This document shows positions 8,399-17,469 of a DNA stretch of 32,279 nt, piece by piece. The notes under the pieces are model-generated. The model was not told where the DNA came from. It worked only from the letters and a program-made list of their open reading frames with translations, and did not search any database. This DNA is from Candidatus Micrarchaeia archaeon (GTDB lineage: Archaea > Micrarchaeota > Micrarchaeia > CABMEP01): NCBI GenBank assembly GCA_038881595.1, contig JAVZPM010000006.1, forward strand, positions 1 through 32,279, read 5' to 3'. Positions within the stretch are counted from its first letter, which is position 1. The number at the start of each line of letters is the position of its first letter. Both the position numbers and the translations under genes were made by a program.

Positions 8399-9532
8399 AT
8401 GGGGAGGCAAACTTATCTGAATCTTTGGAATGTCTTGCTTATTGTTATAATGTTGAATCTGATATCTGCATTCACTTTTGCACAAGGCCAGATTTCTGCT
8501 GTATCTTCTGGAAATCCAAATGTTACAAATAAGCCTACTGTTACAAAAGATGCTGGACTTTCAGATGGCTTTAAGGAAGGAGCCATGCCTTCTAATACAT
8601 CTTCAAGTAAAACAGATGAAACTAGCGCATCTGAATTTAATATATTAGAAGTAGATGATGTTTATTCAGCTATAAAGTATGCAAATGAAACGAAGATAAT
8701 GCAATGCATAGATGAAGAAACAAAGACAGAGATAATTAATCTTTACTTAAAATACAGAAATGCAGTGCAAAATAAAAACAAGGAAATGATTCCTTTGTTA
8801 AGGGAGGAAGCCTTAACACTAAGGGAAAGAGTAATGCAACAGGTTTCCGGATGTAAGACAAATACAGTTCCGATAAGACAACAGGAGCTTAATCAAGAAA
8901 TGAGAGAAGTGGTTTCTACCTATGTTGAAAGAATCCAGAATCTGTCCTCAATTAATGATACACAACTAAGAAATCAGATAAGAGAACAAATAAAAGAGGA
9001 GACAATGATGCAAATCAAACAGATTGTTGCAGAAAGAAAAGAAATTAACGCCGCAGATGTTTTACCAATCGCAACTGCAATACATCTAAATAAGTCAGTT
9101 GCTAAACTTGGAGACGAAGAAGTAAACTCAACAAACCTTTCAATTAAAATGAGAATAAGAGATAAGGAAATGAACATAACAAAAGTACAAGAAAAATTGA
9201 AAATGGTAGAAAATGATACTGAAGCTGAGATAGAACCAACTGCAAATGTTGATATAACTGAAAATGGAACATCAATAAATGGAAAGAATTTATCTATAAC
9301 TCCTGCCGAAGTAAAAGAAAGGCTTAAAGAAAGAATTAAGAATTCAGTAATAAGTAAATTGCAGATAAAGATCGAAAATAATAAACTGGTATATAGCGCA
9401 GATGTTAAAGAAAATAGAAAGATATTAGGAATTATTCCAGTTACAATGGAAACCAGAGCAAAGATAAACGTTGAAAATGAAGGAGCTTTAGAAATTGAAA
9501 GACCCTGGTGGGCATTTATTACAACTGAATAA
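8399..9532 (+). CDS. Secreted protein with a C-terminal beta domain ending ERPWWAF
   Basis: Signal peptide, Ser/Thr linker, helical middle region and terminal PWW motif. Confidence 0.75.
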   Translation: MGRQTYLNLWNVLLIVIMLNLISAFTFAQGQISAVSSGNPNVTNKPTVTKDAGLSDGFKEGAMPSNTSSSKTDETSASEFNILEVDDVYSAIKYANETKIMQCIDEETKTEIINLYLKYRNAVQNKNKEMIPLLREEALTLRERVMQQVSGCKTNTVPIRQQELNQEMREVVSTYVERIQNLSSINDTQLRNQIREQIKEETMMQIKQIVAERKEINAADVLPIATAIHLNKSVAKLGDEEVNSTNLSIKMRIRDKEMNITKVQEKLKMVENDTEAEIEPTANVDITENGTSINGKNLSITPAEVKERLKERIKNSVISKLQIKIENNKLVYSADVKENRKILGIIPVTMETRAKINVENEGALEIERPWWAFITTE

Positions 9533-9575
9533 GTGATTACTATTTTTATTTTCTATTTTTTATTTATTTCTATCT

Positions 9576-9758
9576 AAGTTAATTTTAAATACCTCAACTG
9601 AGAAGGATATCTATGGCAGAAAGAGAGGAGAAGATAATAAGGAAAGGAGAAAAGAAAGAAATAAAGAAACCTTCATTATGGCAAAGAATGAAGAAGCCAT
9701 TAGCCGCAGGATTATTAGGTGCTTCATTACTTTTCAGTCCTGCAAAGAAAGCGGATGC
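9576..9758 (+). repeat. Promoter + leader repeat, copy 1 (copy 2 at 13355-13540)
   Basis: 9576-9633 vs 13355-13412: 57/58 identical. 9670-9758 vs 13452-13540: mostly synonymous differences. Confidence 0.92.
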
Positions 9759-10404
9759 AATATACCTTCTCGCAAGGCCACCACCACCTTATGCTGCTAA
9801 TGAAGTTGAAAATGATAAGTTATTAAAGAAAGGATATGAAATTTTAGTTAACTATTGGTATAGCGATGGTACTAAGGAAAGTTTACAAATCGCAAAAAAA
9901 ATTTTCGAATCTGTCTACAAAAATACAGGAAATCCAGTAGCTTTAGATTTGAATCATGTTACATATCATTATCTTGCTATAGAAGATAAAACTTATCTCC
10001 AGTCAAAAGAAAGATTGTTGGATATGTTAAAATCAGTCGAAGAGAGATTAAAATCATATCCAGATGATATTCGTGCTATAGGTAAAAAACAATCAACTTT
10101 AAAGGCATTATTTCACGCAGCACATGGTTTATACTTTAATAAAGAAGAATACAGAAAATATAGAATAAATAGTGACTTAGATGAATATTATGAAGATGCA
10201 ATTAAATTTGGAAAAGAATTGATTGAATTTGAAAAGGAATTTTTGGAGAAATTGGCTAATTCGGATCTTTTTCTGTATGTTTCAAGTGGATCTATGAAAA
10301 TCTCGAATCAAGAGAGAAATAAGATTATAAACCATCTAAAAGAAGATCTCATAGAAAACAAAAGAATGTATGATGAAATATCAAAAGAAAAACGAAAGGA
10401 TTAA
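9613..10404 (+). CDS. Secreted helical (TPR-like) protein, paralogue A
   Basis: Leader KPSLWQRMKKPLAAGLLGASLLFSPAKKADA. Mature region weakly similar to 13392..14213. Confidence 0.8.
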   Translation: MAEREEKIIRKGEKKEIKKPSLWQRMKKPLAAGLLGASLLFSPAKKADAIYLLARPPPPYAANEVENDKLLKKGYEILVNYWYSDGTKESLQIAKKIFESVYKNTGNPVALDLNHVTYHYLAIEDKTYLQSKERLLDMLKSVEERLKSYPDDIRAIGKKQSTLKALFHAAHGLYFNKEEYRKYRINSDLDEYYEDAIKFGKELIEFEKEFLEKLANSDLFLYVSSGSMKISNQERNKIINHLKEDLIENKRMYDEISKEKRKD

Positions 10405-10428
10405 AAATGTCCTTTTGAAAAGTGATTT

Positions 10429-10571
10429 ATGCTTTTATTTGATAGTTCGCTCACAGGTATTCAAAATTTCAGCGGGAAAGATCAAAAGTCTGATAATACT
10501 AAACCACCCATCCCTATCCCTGCTCCTTCTCTCCCCCATCAGCACGTGACTTCTATCCTCAATGAAGCAAC
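10429..10571 (+). pseudogene. Truncated 5' fragment homologous to the 14244..16082 gene
   Basis: PSLPHQHVTSILNEAT vs PSLPHQHMTSVLNEAT. 10523-10571 vs 14329-14377: 43/49 nt identical, after which similarity stops. Confidence 0.8.
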
Positions 10572-10600
10572 ATCTCTCATGCACTGTTCTATCTTGAATC

Positions 10601-11872
10601 CTAAATTTCCGCACTTTGCCTTAATAAGAATTTAAAGGCTGGAATCACATCTACTACCTTATCATCGATGTTTTTCTTTTCTTCTGTATCTGAAGAAATA
10701 ATATAACCTTTTTTAACATTGAATTTTTCCATGAAGGTAGATAACCCTTCGAATTCAATTTTTCCATACTTCACTTCAATAGGGATGGGTTGCTCATTTA
10801 ATAGAATAATGTCAACTTCATTCTTGTATGCATCTCGCCAGAAAAATTCAGCTCTAAGCTGATTTACAATAATCCATTCAAATACTTTTGATTGCGAAAG
10901 TTCATCATTACGGAAAAGTAAATCAGGGGAGATGATAGTGGGATAATACTTCTTTAGTTTTCTTTCCACTTTTCTTCTGCTTCGAGAGAAGTTATAGAGT
11001 TTTCTAATAAGAAACGAGTCTTCAAGATATCTAAGATAGGAAGCTGTTGTATATCTTGAGACTTTCAAAGTGTTTGCAAACTCAGAAACTTCGGCAAGTT
11101 GTCCAGGTTCCTCCATAATTGTTTTTAAAAGAGATGCAATAATAGATACGTCTTTCACTCTTATTAGGGAAGGTATATCTTTGTAAATTACTTTCTCTAC
11201 GATGCTTTCAACAACGTATTTTTTTATAATCTCTTTGTCCTTTATGCCCACTAATTCTGGAAAACCGTATGTTAAAGTGAATTCTTTGAATTGTTCTTTT
11301 AATTCTCTTTCATATAGTTCAATAGGTTCGAATTTCAATTGTTTGAAATTGAGAAACTCTTTGAATGAAAGTGGTTCTACCTTAAATTCAAATATTCTTC
11401 CTGCAAGAGTTTCTTTAGATTTATTCCTTATAAACAGCGATTCAGAACCAGATATTATTATCTTTACATTTTTTCCATATACATCATAAAATGCTTTTAA
11501 CTGATTTTCCCAATCATCTAATTTTTGTATTTCATCAAAAAGAAAAAGAAATTTACCATTTCTTAAGTTTTTTCCAAATAATTCTTCATATTCGCTAACA
11601 ACCTTTTTAATTTCAATTGATTTGAATTCATCAAAAGAGAAATAAAGAATATTTTTAGGATCTAACCCTTGGTTTATTGCATCTTCAGCAAACTTAAGGA
11701 GTATGGTTGTTTTTCCAACTCTTCTAAGCCCAGTTAAAGCTATTATTTGTGGTAGAGGTATGAATTTCTGCATTTTTCTATAGATCTCTCTATCTTTAAA
11801 AGATAATTTGAATTCACCTTTCCACCATGGGTTTAAATTTATCATTTCTTCTTTTATATTTGGCATATGCAA
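10601..11872 (-). CDS. AAA+ ATPase (AAA_14 + DUF4143 type)
   Basis: NPWW start, Walker A GLRRVGKTT, Walker B FLFDEIQ, SGS, ETLAGR, C-terminal EVD...IEVK nuclease-like motif. Confidence 0.9.
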   Translation of the reverse strand: MHMPNIKEEMINLNPWWKGEFKLSFKDREIYRKMQKFIPLPQIIALTGLRRVGKTTILLKFAEDAINQGLDPKNILYFSFDEFKSIEIKKVVSEYEELFGKNLRNGKFLFLFDEIQKLDDWENQLKAFYDVYGKNVKIIISGSESLFIRNKSKETLAGRIFEFKVEPLSFKEFLNFKQLKFEPIELYERELKEQFKEFTLTYGFPELVGIKDKEIIKKYVVESIVEKVIYKDIPSLIRVKDVSIIASLLKTIMEEPGQLAEVSEFANTLKVSRYTTASYLRYLEDSFLIRKLYNFSRSRRKVERKLKKYYPTIISPDLLFRNDELSQSKVFEWIIVNQLRAEFFWRDAYKNEVDIILLNEQPIPIEVKYGKIEFEGLSTFMEKFNVKKGYIISSDTEEKKNIDDKVVDVIPAFKFLLRQSAEI

Positions 11873-11970
11873 TCAACCTATTTTCGATTATATGATAAAT
11901 ATAGTTAGCATATATTATAAATGTTTCGATTTAGAAAATAAAAACTAGTTAAAAAGGTAAATAAGATGTA

Positions 11971-12008
11971 AAGATCCTATTTTCTCATTGTAGGATTTCT
12001 ACAAAGCC
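11971..12008 (+). mobile_element. Solo right end of the IS5-related element
   Basis: ATCCTATTTTCTCATTGTAGGATTTCTACAAAGCC: a perfect 17-bp TIR plus subterminal sequence resembling both element types. No partner left TIR nearby. Confidence 0.8.
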
Positions 12009-12033
12009 AAGAAAATAATAATTTTAAGTAAGA

Positions 12034-12060
12034 TTCGATAAAATTCGAAAACTTTATAAA
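12034..12060 (+). promoter_or_regulatory. BRE-TATA with overlapping palindrome
   Basis: TTCGA-N6-TCGAA overlapping CGAAAAC-TTTATAAA, with TATA starting 29 nt before ATG 12082. Confidence 0.55.
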
Positions 12061-12081
12061 TGTAAATTTTATAATTTAATT

Positions 12082-12681
12082 ATGAAAAAGAAGGAGATAA
12101 TTCTAAGAGAACTTTTAGATCTGACCATTATAAATAAATCGAAGACTACCCAACTTGAGCTAGCCAAAAGACTAGGCGTCTCAACTAGCACGGTTAATAA
12201 TGCAATAAAAGATGTGGTCCGACTTGGAGCAGTCGATGTAAAAAGAACAGGTCTCTTAGTCATTGATTCCAAAAAAGTACTCCTCTATCTTGCAAGCATA
12301 AGAAACTTGCAAAAGGATATAATATATCAAACATATGTTCCTGTAAGTGTGATAGAAATCGAAAAAAACATGCCTGCAGGAGTGATCTATACGATGTTTT
12401 CTGCATATAAATTTCAATTTAATGAGGTTCCTGCGGATTACAGCGAAGTTTATGTATATGCCGATGAAAAAGTTTTAGAAGAAATAAAGAGAAGATTTCC
12501 AAAGAAAAACGGCCCACCAAACCTTTTCGTGCTTCGTTCAGATCCAGCCTTGCTCCAACTATCAAAAGCGAGCGTTGCTCCCCCAGTGCAGATCTATATC
12601 GATCTTTGGAATGCAAGGCAGTGGTATGCAAAGGAATTTCTTACAGCACTAGAAAGAAAACTTAAGGATTTAGGCATCTAA
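12082..12681 (+). CDS. Winged-HTH regulator, putative type IV antitoxin (AbiEi-like)
   Basis: TQLELAKRLGVSTSTVNNAIK HTH, C-terminal APPVQIYIDLW. Upstream of a nucleotidyltransferase. Confidence 0.7.
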   Translation: MKKKEIILRELLDLTIINKSKTTQLELAKRLGVSTSTVNNAIKDVVRLGAVDVKRTGLLVIDSKKVLLYLASIRNLQKDIIYQTYVPVSVIEIEKNMPAGVIYTMFSAYKFQFNEVPADYSEVYVYADEKVLEEIKRRFPKKNGPPNLFVLRSDPALLQLSKASVAPPVQIYIDLWNARQWYAKEFLTALERKLKDLGI

Positions 12682-12689
12682 ACGGTGAA

Positions 12690-13316
12690 TTGATGGAGTT
12701 TTGGAGCGAATTGCTAACAAAGGCAAGCTGGGAAAAATTAATTCAGCTCTCAAAAGAGATCAGGTTCACACTGATTGGAGGATGGGCCGCGTATCTGTGG
12801 ACGGGTCTTCATAAATCAAAGGACATCGACATCATCGTAGATTACGAAGATCTCTTAAAACTGCAGCAGACATACAGACTCGAGAAGAACGATAGATTGA
12901 AGAAGTATGAAATAAAATTTGATAAATTTGACATTGACATTTACTTGCCAGGATATTCAAATCTTGCAATTCCAGCTGAAGATGTCATAAAGAATTACTC
13001 CACTAAGATAGAGGGAATCAATACGATTATTCCAGAGGCGCTTCTGATTCTAAAACAAGGAGCAGAGATAGAAAGAAGAAATACGGTAAAGGGAAAAAAG
13101 GATGCAATTGATATACTAACATTATTGATTCATGCTCCATTTAACCTGAAAAGGTATAATGAGTTGCTTTCCAAGTACAAAAAACAAAATTATATTGAAG
13201 AGCTTGCCACAGTAATAAAAAACTTCGATGATAGAGATATAAAGTATCTTAGCATTGATTTTATAACATTCAAAAAATGGAAGAGTAAGATGCTTGAAGA
13301 GTTAAAAAGACTTTGA
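12690..13316 (+). CDS. Pol-beta-fold nucleotidyltransferase, putative type IV toxin
   Basis: LIGGWA, SKDIDII, IDIY and KDAID motifs, with GGTGA SD. Confidence 0.75.
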   Translation: MMEFWSELLTKASWEKLIQLSKEIRFTLIGGWAAYLWTGLHKSKDIDIIVDYEDLLKLQQTYRLEKNDRLKKYEIKFDKFDIDIYLPGYSNLAIPAEDVIKNYSTKIEGINTIIPEALLILKQGAEIERRNTVKGKKDAIDILTLLIHAPFNLKRYNELLSKYKKQNYIEELATVIKNFDDRDIKYLSIDFITFKKWKSKMLEELKRL

Positions 13317-13354
13317 ATTCATAGGAATCTAAAGAATCCAGGAAGAAACCATAA

Positions 13355-13540
13355 AAGTTAACTTTAAATACCTCAACTGAGAAGGATATCTATGGCAGAA
13401 AGAGAGGAGAAGAAAGGGATAAAGAAACCAGAAGAGAAAGAACAAAACAAGCCTTCATTATGGCAAAGAATGAAAAAACCATTAGCTGCAGGTCTGTTAG
13501 GCGCTTCCTTACTTTTCAGTCCTGCAAAGAAGGTAGATGC
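13355..13540 (+). repeat. Promoter + leader repeat, copy 2
   Basis: Direct repeat of 9576-9758, offset about 3780 bp. Confidence 0.92.
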
Positions 13541-14213
13541 TGTTGGATTTGAACATTCTATGGATCCACCTACTTATATCGCTGATATTATAGAAAAGGA
13601 TAAAGATCTTAGAATTGGATGGAAACTTTTATTAACATCTCATAAAAAATTAACTGAAGATAGAGTAAAAGATAAAGAATACATACGTAAATTTCTTCAA
13701 AGAGCAATCGAGATATTCGATAAAGTATATAAAGAAAGAGGCGATTCGCTATCTCTTTATTTAAAAATACATGGTACTTATTATCTGGCAGTAATTGAAC
13801 CTAATTTTGAATCTACTGAAGAAAGATGTAAAGAAGTATTAAAATTGGCAGAAGAAAGACTAAAAAAGAATCCGAACGACTTTGATTTTATAGATATCGA
13901 TTTTCGAATTAATTTAAATCTAGCTGAGATGTATTATGATGGTTATACGTTCGACCCAAGTTACATGAAGGATGGATATATAGACCATTCAAAAATGAGC
14001 GAATATAAAGAAAAGACTATGGTATATGTAAATAAAGGACTAACGCAGTATGACAAAATAAAAGAAAAATGGGACCAATTTGAATATTCAGTAAGAGAAA
14101 TAAAATATTCCAGGGAATATCTTAGTAAAACTGGTAAAATATTTTATGAAACAAATTATTTTCCAATTATGAAAGAAATCTTAGAAAAACTTAAAAAAAA
14201 TGAAGAAAAATAG
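13392..14213 (+). CDS. Secreted helical (TPR-like) protein, paralogue B
   Basis: Near-identical leader to 9613. Shared PPxYxA, LQxAxxIFxxVYK, YLA and EERLKxxPxD motifs. Confidence 0.8.
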   Translation: MAEREEKKGIKKPEEKEQNKPSLWQRMKKPLAAGLLGASLLFSPAKKVDAVGFEHSMDPPTYIADIIEKDKDLRIGWKLLLTSHKKLTEDRVKDKEYIRKFLQRAIEIFDKVYKERGDSLSLYLKIHGTYYLAVIEPNFESTEERCKEVLKLAEERLKKNPNDFDFIDIDFRINLNLAEMYYDGYTFDPSYMKDGYIDHSKMSEYKEKTMVYVNKGLTQYDKIKEKWDQFEYSVREIKYSREYLSKTGKIFYETNYFPIMKEILEKLKKNEEK

Positions 14214-14243
14214 CTTTAAATATTTTTTAGATATTGTTATCAT

Positions 14244-16082
14244 ATGTTTATATTATTTCAATGGAGTATGGGTTCTTCATTAAAGAATTTTTCTACCCAA
14301 TCTAATAATATCAAATCAGCCTCTTCTACTCCTTCTCTACCCCACCAACACATGACTTCCGTCCTCAATGAAGCAACCACTATTCCTCTCGAAGCAATAA
14401 AATCATATGTAGAACATCTTGCATCTCTTAGAGATCGATCAGAGAAGGAAAAAAAGGAAAAAGAAACATCTAATTCAGACCTAATGGAAAGAATACAAGA
14501 AAAAGAAGAAATAAAAGAAAAAGAACATGAAAAATTCATAGAGGAAACAGAAATTAAAGAAAAACAAACGGAAGAAATCCAGGAAAAAATTCAGGAAGAG
14601 GCCATTAAAATAATCGAACAGAACCTTGATGAAGAAGAATTGATTAAAGAAAGATTGGAAGCAGAGCTTCTTGCTGTCCAAGAAAGCGGACTTCTTGAAT
14701 TGGCTGAAACAATCAAGGAATACAGCGAAAAAGAAAAAATAGAAGAACTGAAAGAACATGTGGAAGAAACAAAAGAGGAAGTAAAGGAAAGAGTGGAAAT
14801 ATTAGACCAAATTGAAGATAGAATCGAAAAGGCAGAAAAGGACGGAAAAGGAATAGATAGCCTTTCAAAAGATATAGAAGAAATAGCAAAAATGGACAAA
14901 GGTGTTTTTCAAAGGGAAATTGAAGAACTATCGAAAGAGATCAAAGATTTAGAAAAACTAAATCCTGAGGCAGCAGTAAGAAAAGCTAAAGAATTCATCA
15001 GCAAGCATACAGTTGAGCGTGAAATCTTCAAAGAAATAAATGATATTCTCAGAGACTGGGATGAACTCTCAAGGGATGAAATAAAGAAAAGAGTAAAGGA
15101 ATTGCACGGCAAGATTTTAAATTCTGCAGAAGCAATGCTTAAAGCAGCAAGAGAAATTGAAAATATTGACGAAAAAATCGAAGATCTTGCTAAGGCAATA
15201 TTAAAGAAAATAGAGGAATCCCTTCCAGAAAAGGAAGAAAAGAAACAAATAATTAAAAAAGGCGAAATAATAGATGCATTATCTGCAGCATGGATAAATT
15301 CAATCATCACCTTCATAAATAACCAAGTAATAAAGGCAATAGAAGCTAGGAAAGAGGATAAGGAAAGATATTGGAGGAATGCTTTAGAAAGAACAGCAAG
15401 AATTAAGAAGACAGAAATGGATAGCTTTAACAAAGAACTAAGGAAGAGCCTTACGAAAGATGACTATCAGTCAGCGATTAAATTTGCGAAACGTGCTGTT
15501 TCTTCTTATCTAAGAGAGATTGCAAGAATTCTTAGGAAAGATATCTACACAACTAAGCTGAAAGATGTGATCGAAGCTGATAAGAAAGATGAGATGAAAC
15601 TTATTCTTAAGAGCATTTTTGAAAGGCTTAAAATATTGGATGAGAGAATAAAAATTCTTTCAAAGCTTGCTGCAGATGGAGACATCAAAGGAATAACCGA
15701 TGTGGCAAAGACATTCGACGGCGAAGCTGAAGAATCAATTGGAAAAATACTGCTGAGGGTTGTTAGAAGAAATAAAACAAAAAGAGAGGTGATAAAACAG
15801 CTTTCCAAGGAATTGGCAGCAATAAACATGCCATTAAATACAGTGAAAATGGTCATTGAAGCATACGATAAGAAAGATTATGAAAAAGTGGATGAATTAT
15901 GCAGCCAAATAATAGAATATGTGAATCTCTTGAACAAGAGATATTCAATGTTCCTTGAGTTGAGAAGAAGAAAAACAAGAGATGGAAAGAACAGGAAATT
16001 GATCGCACAATTGTTTGCTTCAGATCTTCTTACTTTTTCAAAATATATGTCAGGTAATTTACGAAAAAACTATGTTTCCTAA
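14244..16082 (+). CDS. Long E/K-rich helical/coiled-coil protein; start may be 14268
   Basis: 612-aa ORF, acidic N-half and basic C-half. GGAG precedes ATG 14268. Confidence 0.8.
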   Translation: MFILFQWSMGSSLKNFSTQSNNIKSASSTPSLPHQHMTSVLNEATTIPLEAIKSYVEHLASLRDRSEKEKKEKETSNSDLMERIQEKEEIKEKEHEKFIEETEIKEKQTEEIQEKIQEEAIKIIEQNLDEEELIKERLEAELLAVQESGLLELAETIKEYSEKEKIEELKEHVEETKEEVKERVEILDQIEDRIEKAEKDGKGIDSLSKDIEEIAKMDKGVFQREIEELSKEIKDLEKLNPEAAVRKAKEFISKHTVEREIFKEINDILRDWDELSRDEIKKRVKELHGKILNSAEAMLKAAREIENIDEKIEDLAKAILKKIEESLPEKEEKKQIIKKGEIIDALSAAWINSIITFINNQVIKAIEARKEDKERYWRNALERTARIKKTEMDSFNKELRKSLTKDDYQSAIKFAKRAVSSYLREIARILRKDIYTTKLKDVIEADKKDEMKLILKSIFERLKILDERIKILSKLAADGDIKGITDVAKTFDGEAEESIGKILLRVVRRNKTKREVIKQLSKELAAINMPLNTVKMVIEAYDKKDYEKVDELCSQIIEYVNLLNKRYSMFLELRRRKTRDGKNRKLIAQLFASDLLTFSKYMSGNLRKNYVS

Positions 16083-16111
16083 CACTTTCTATTATAAAAT
16101 TTAATATTTTT

Positions 16112-16133
16112 AATAATATATTAGAAATTCTAA
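16112..16133. repeat. 22-bp inverted repeat arm (partner at 18188-18209) with palindromic TTAGAA-A-TTCTAA core
   Basis: AATAATATATTAGAAATTCTAA vs reverse complement of the partner AATAATATATTAGAATTTCTAA (21/22). Confidence 0.65.
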
Positions 16134-16215
16134 TATTATTATAGTATAAATATTGATTTAAAACTCTTGCAAAATTTAAAAGAAAAATTTATTAATAAGA
16201 ATTGTATTTAACTTA

Positions 16216-17334
16216 ATGAAATATAGAAAAAAGATAATATGTAGAGGTTTAACTATGAAAAGGAAAAATAATAATAGGAAAACATTCCTAAATGATATAA
16301 AAAGTGAAAAAGAAACTAATTATCTAAATCCAATCATAGAAAAAATAATCACGCCAGAAACAAGTATGGAAAAGAAAATGATTGCCGAAAAGATAAAACT
16401 AGGATTTAAGCAAAATCAAATTTGCTTTGTTGCAACAGCAGACATCGCAAGCATGTATTGGTGTGATCAACAAATGTTATTCAGGATCAGACAAAACGAA
16501 TTAAATATGTTTGAATCTTATTTACACGATATTGAAAGAGAAGGTGAGTTAACTGAGAAAGAAATAGAAAAAAAAGTTTCTGAATTGGTCAAAAAGCAAA
16601 AAACAAATCAAGATAAAAAAGATATGGACACTCTTGAAACTAAAAAATGGATAATTCAGGGTATTAATATTACAAAAACAAATAGAAAACCAAATTTAAG
16701 TCTTTCAGAAATATTATCCAAAAAAGATTTAGAAATTCTAGATAAATGTAAGAACGATCTCGAAGTATTAGAAAAATTTGATCAGATATTAGAAAGGACA
16801 AGAATAAAATTGAAATTGGCAAAAACAATTTTGTTTGATACCTATACTGTATATTCAAAATTAGATTATGCGTTTTTAGACATATTAAGCAGAAACTCAA
16901 ATGCAAATTCAGATATGAGGAGAGGGATAAAAGATGAGATGAGCTTCGCTCAAAGATATCCTACATTTAGATATCATTTTAGATGGAATAATTATATCAT
17001 TGAAGCAGTACCTGATGGAATAGGGCCAGATTTCTGCTATGAGTTTAAGAGTACAAAGAAATGGAATATGCTTCACTATATAAAGCCAATAGCTGAAGCA
17101 CAGGCACAACTTTATTCATACTTCTTTAAGAAGCCAAAAATAAAAATAGAGATCTATATAAATGAAGCAGATAAAAAACTAACATATGATATGAATGCTA
17201 ATGAAAAAAAAGCTATTGAGATTTTAGCAAGAATGGATAGATTAATCAATGAAAAAGAGAAACCTATTCCACCTAAAGAGTGGAAATGTAAAAAGTGTAT
17301 TCACCGAAATGAATGCAAAATAAAACAATTTTAG
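16216..17334 (+). CDS. Cas4-like PD-(D/E)XK nuclease with 4-Cys Fe-S motif; start may be 16255
   Basis: DIASMYWC, VPDG...YEFKS, AQAQLY, and C-terminal WKCKKCIHRNEC. Confidence 0.82.
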   Translation: MKYRKKIICRGLTMKRKNNNRKTFLNDIKSEKETNYLNPIIEKIITPETSMEKKMIAEKIKLGFKQNQICFVATADIASMYWCDQQMLFRIRQNELNMFESYLHDIEREGELTEKEIEKKVSELVKKQKTNQDKKDMDTLETKKWIIQGINITKTNRKPNLSLSEILSKKDLEILDKCKNDLEVLEKFDQILERTRIKLKLAKTILFDTYTVYSKLDYAFLDILSRNSNANSDMRRGIKDEMSFAQRYPTFRYHFRWNNYIIEAVPDGIGPDFCYEFKSTKKWNMLHYIKPIAEAQAQLYSYFFKKPKIKIEIYINEADKKLTYDMNANEKKAIEILARMDRLINEKEKPIPPKEWKCKKCIHRNECKIKQF

Positions 17335-17394
17335 AAATTCTATGAAATTTTAGTATAATTTATTTTGTTATTATGTTGTAAAAATGAATTGAAG

Positions 17395-17459
17395 CGTCAC
17401 AAAAACGTATTTCACCGACGTAAAACCCCCTTTTCACATATACGGACGTTTTTGAGACG
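17395..17459. repeat. Inverted repeat/hairpin between convergent genes
   Basis: CGTCACAAAAACGT - 37 nt - ACGTTTTTGAGACG (13/14). Confidence 0.7.
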
Positions 17460-17469
17460 AAAAATGAAA

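Noticed and set aside
10429..10635. 68-aa ORF as a functional gene
   Set aside because: It is a stub of the 14244 gene that runs into the 3' end of the ATPase gene.
14258..15856. Minus-strand F/S-rich ORFs here and similar shadow ORFs elsewhere (e.g. 1455, 2319, 4475, 11202, 20842, 21981, 27367, 29943)
   Set aside because: Antisense shadows of E/K-rich genes, with no motifs or start signals.
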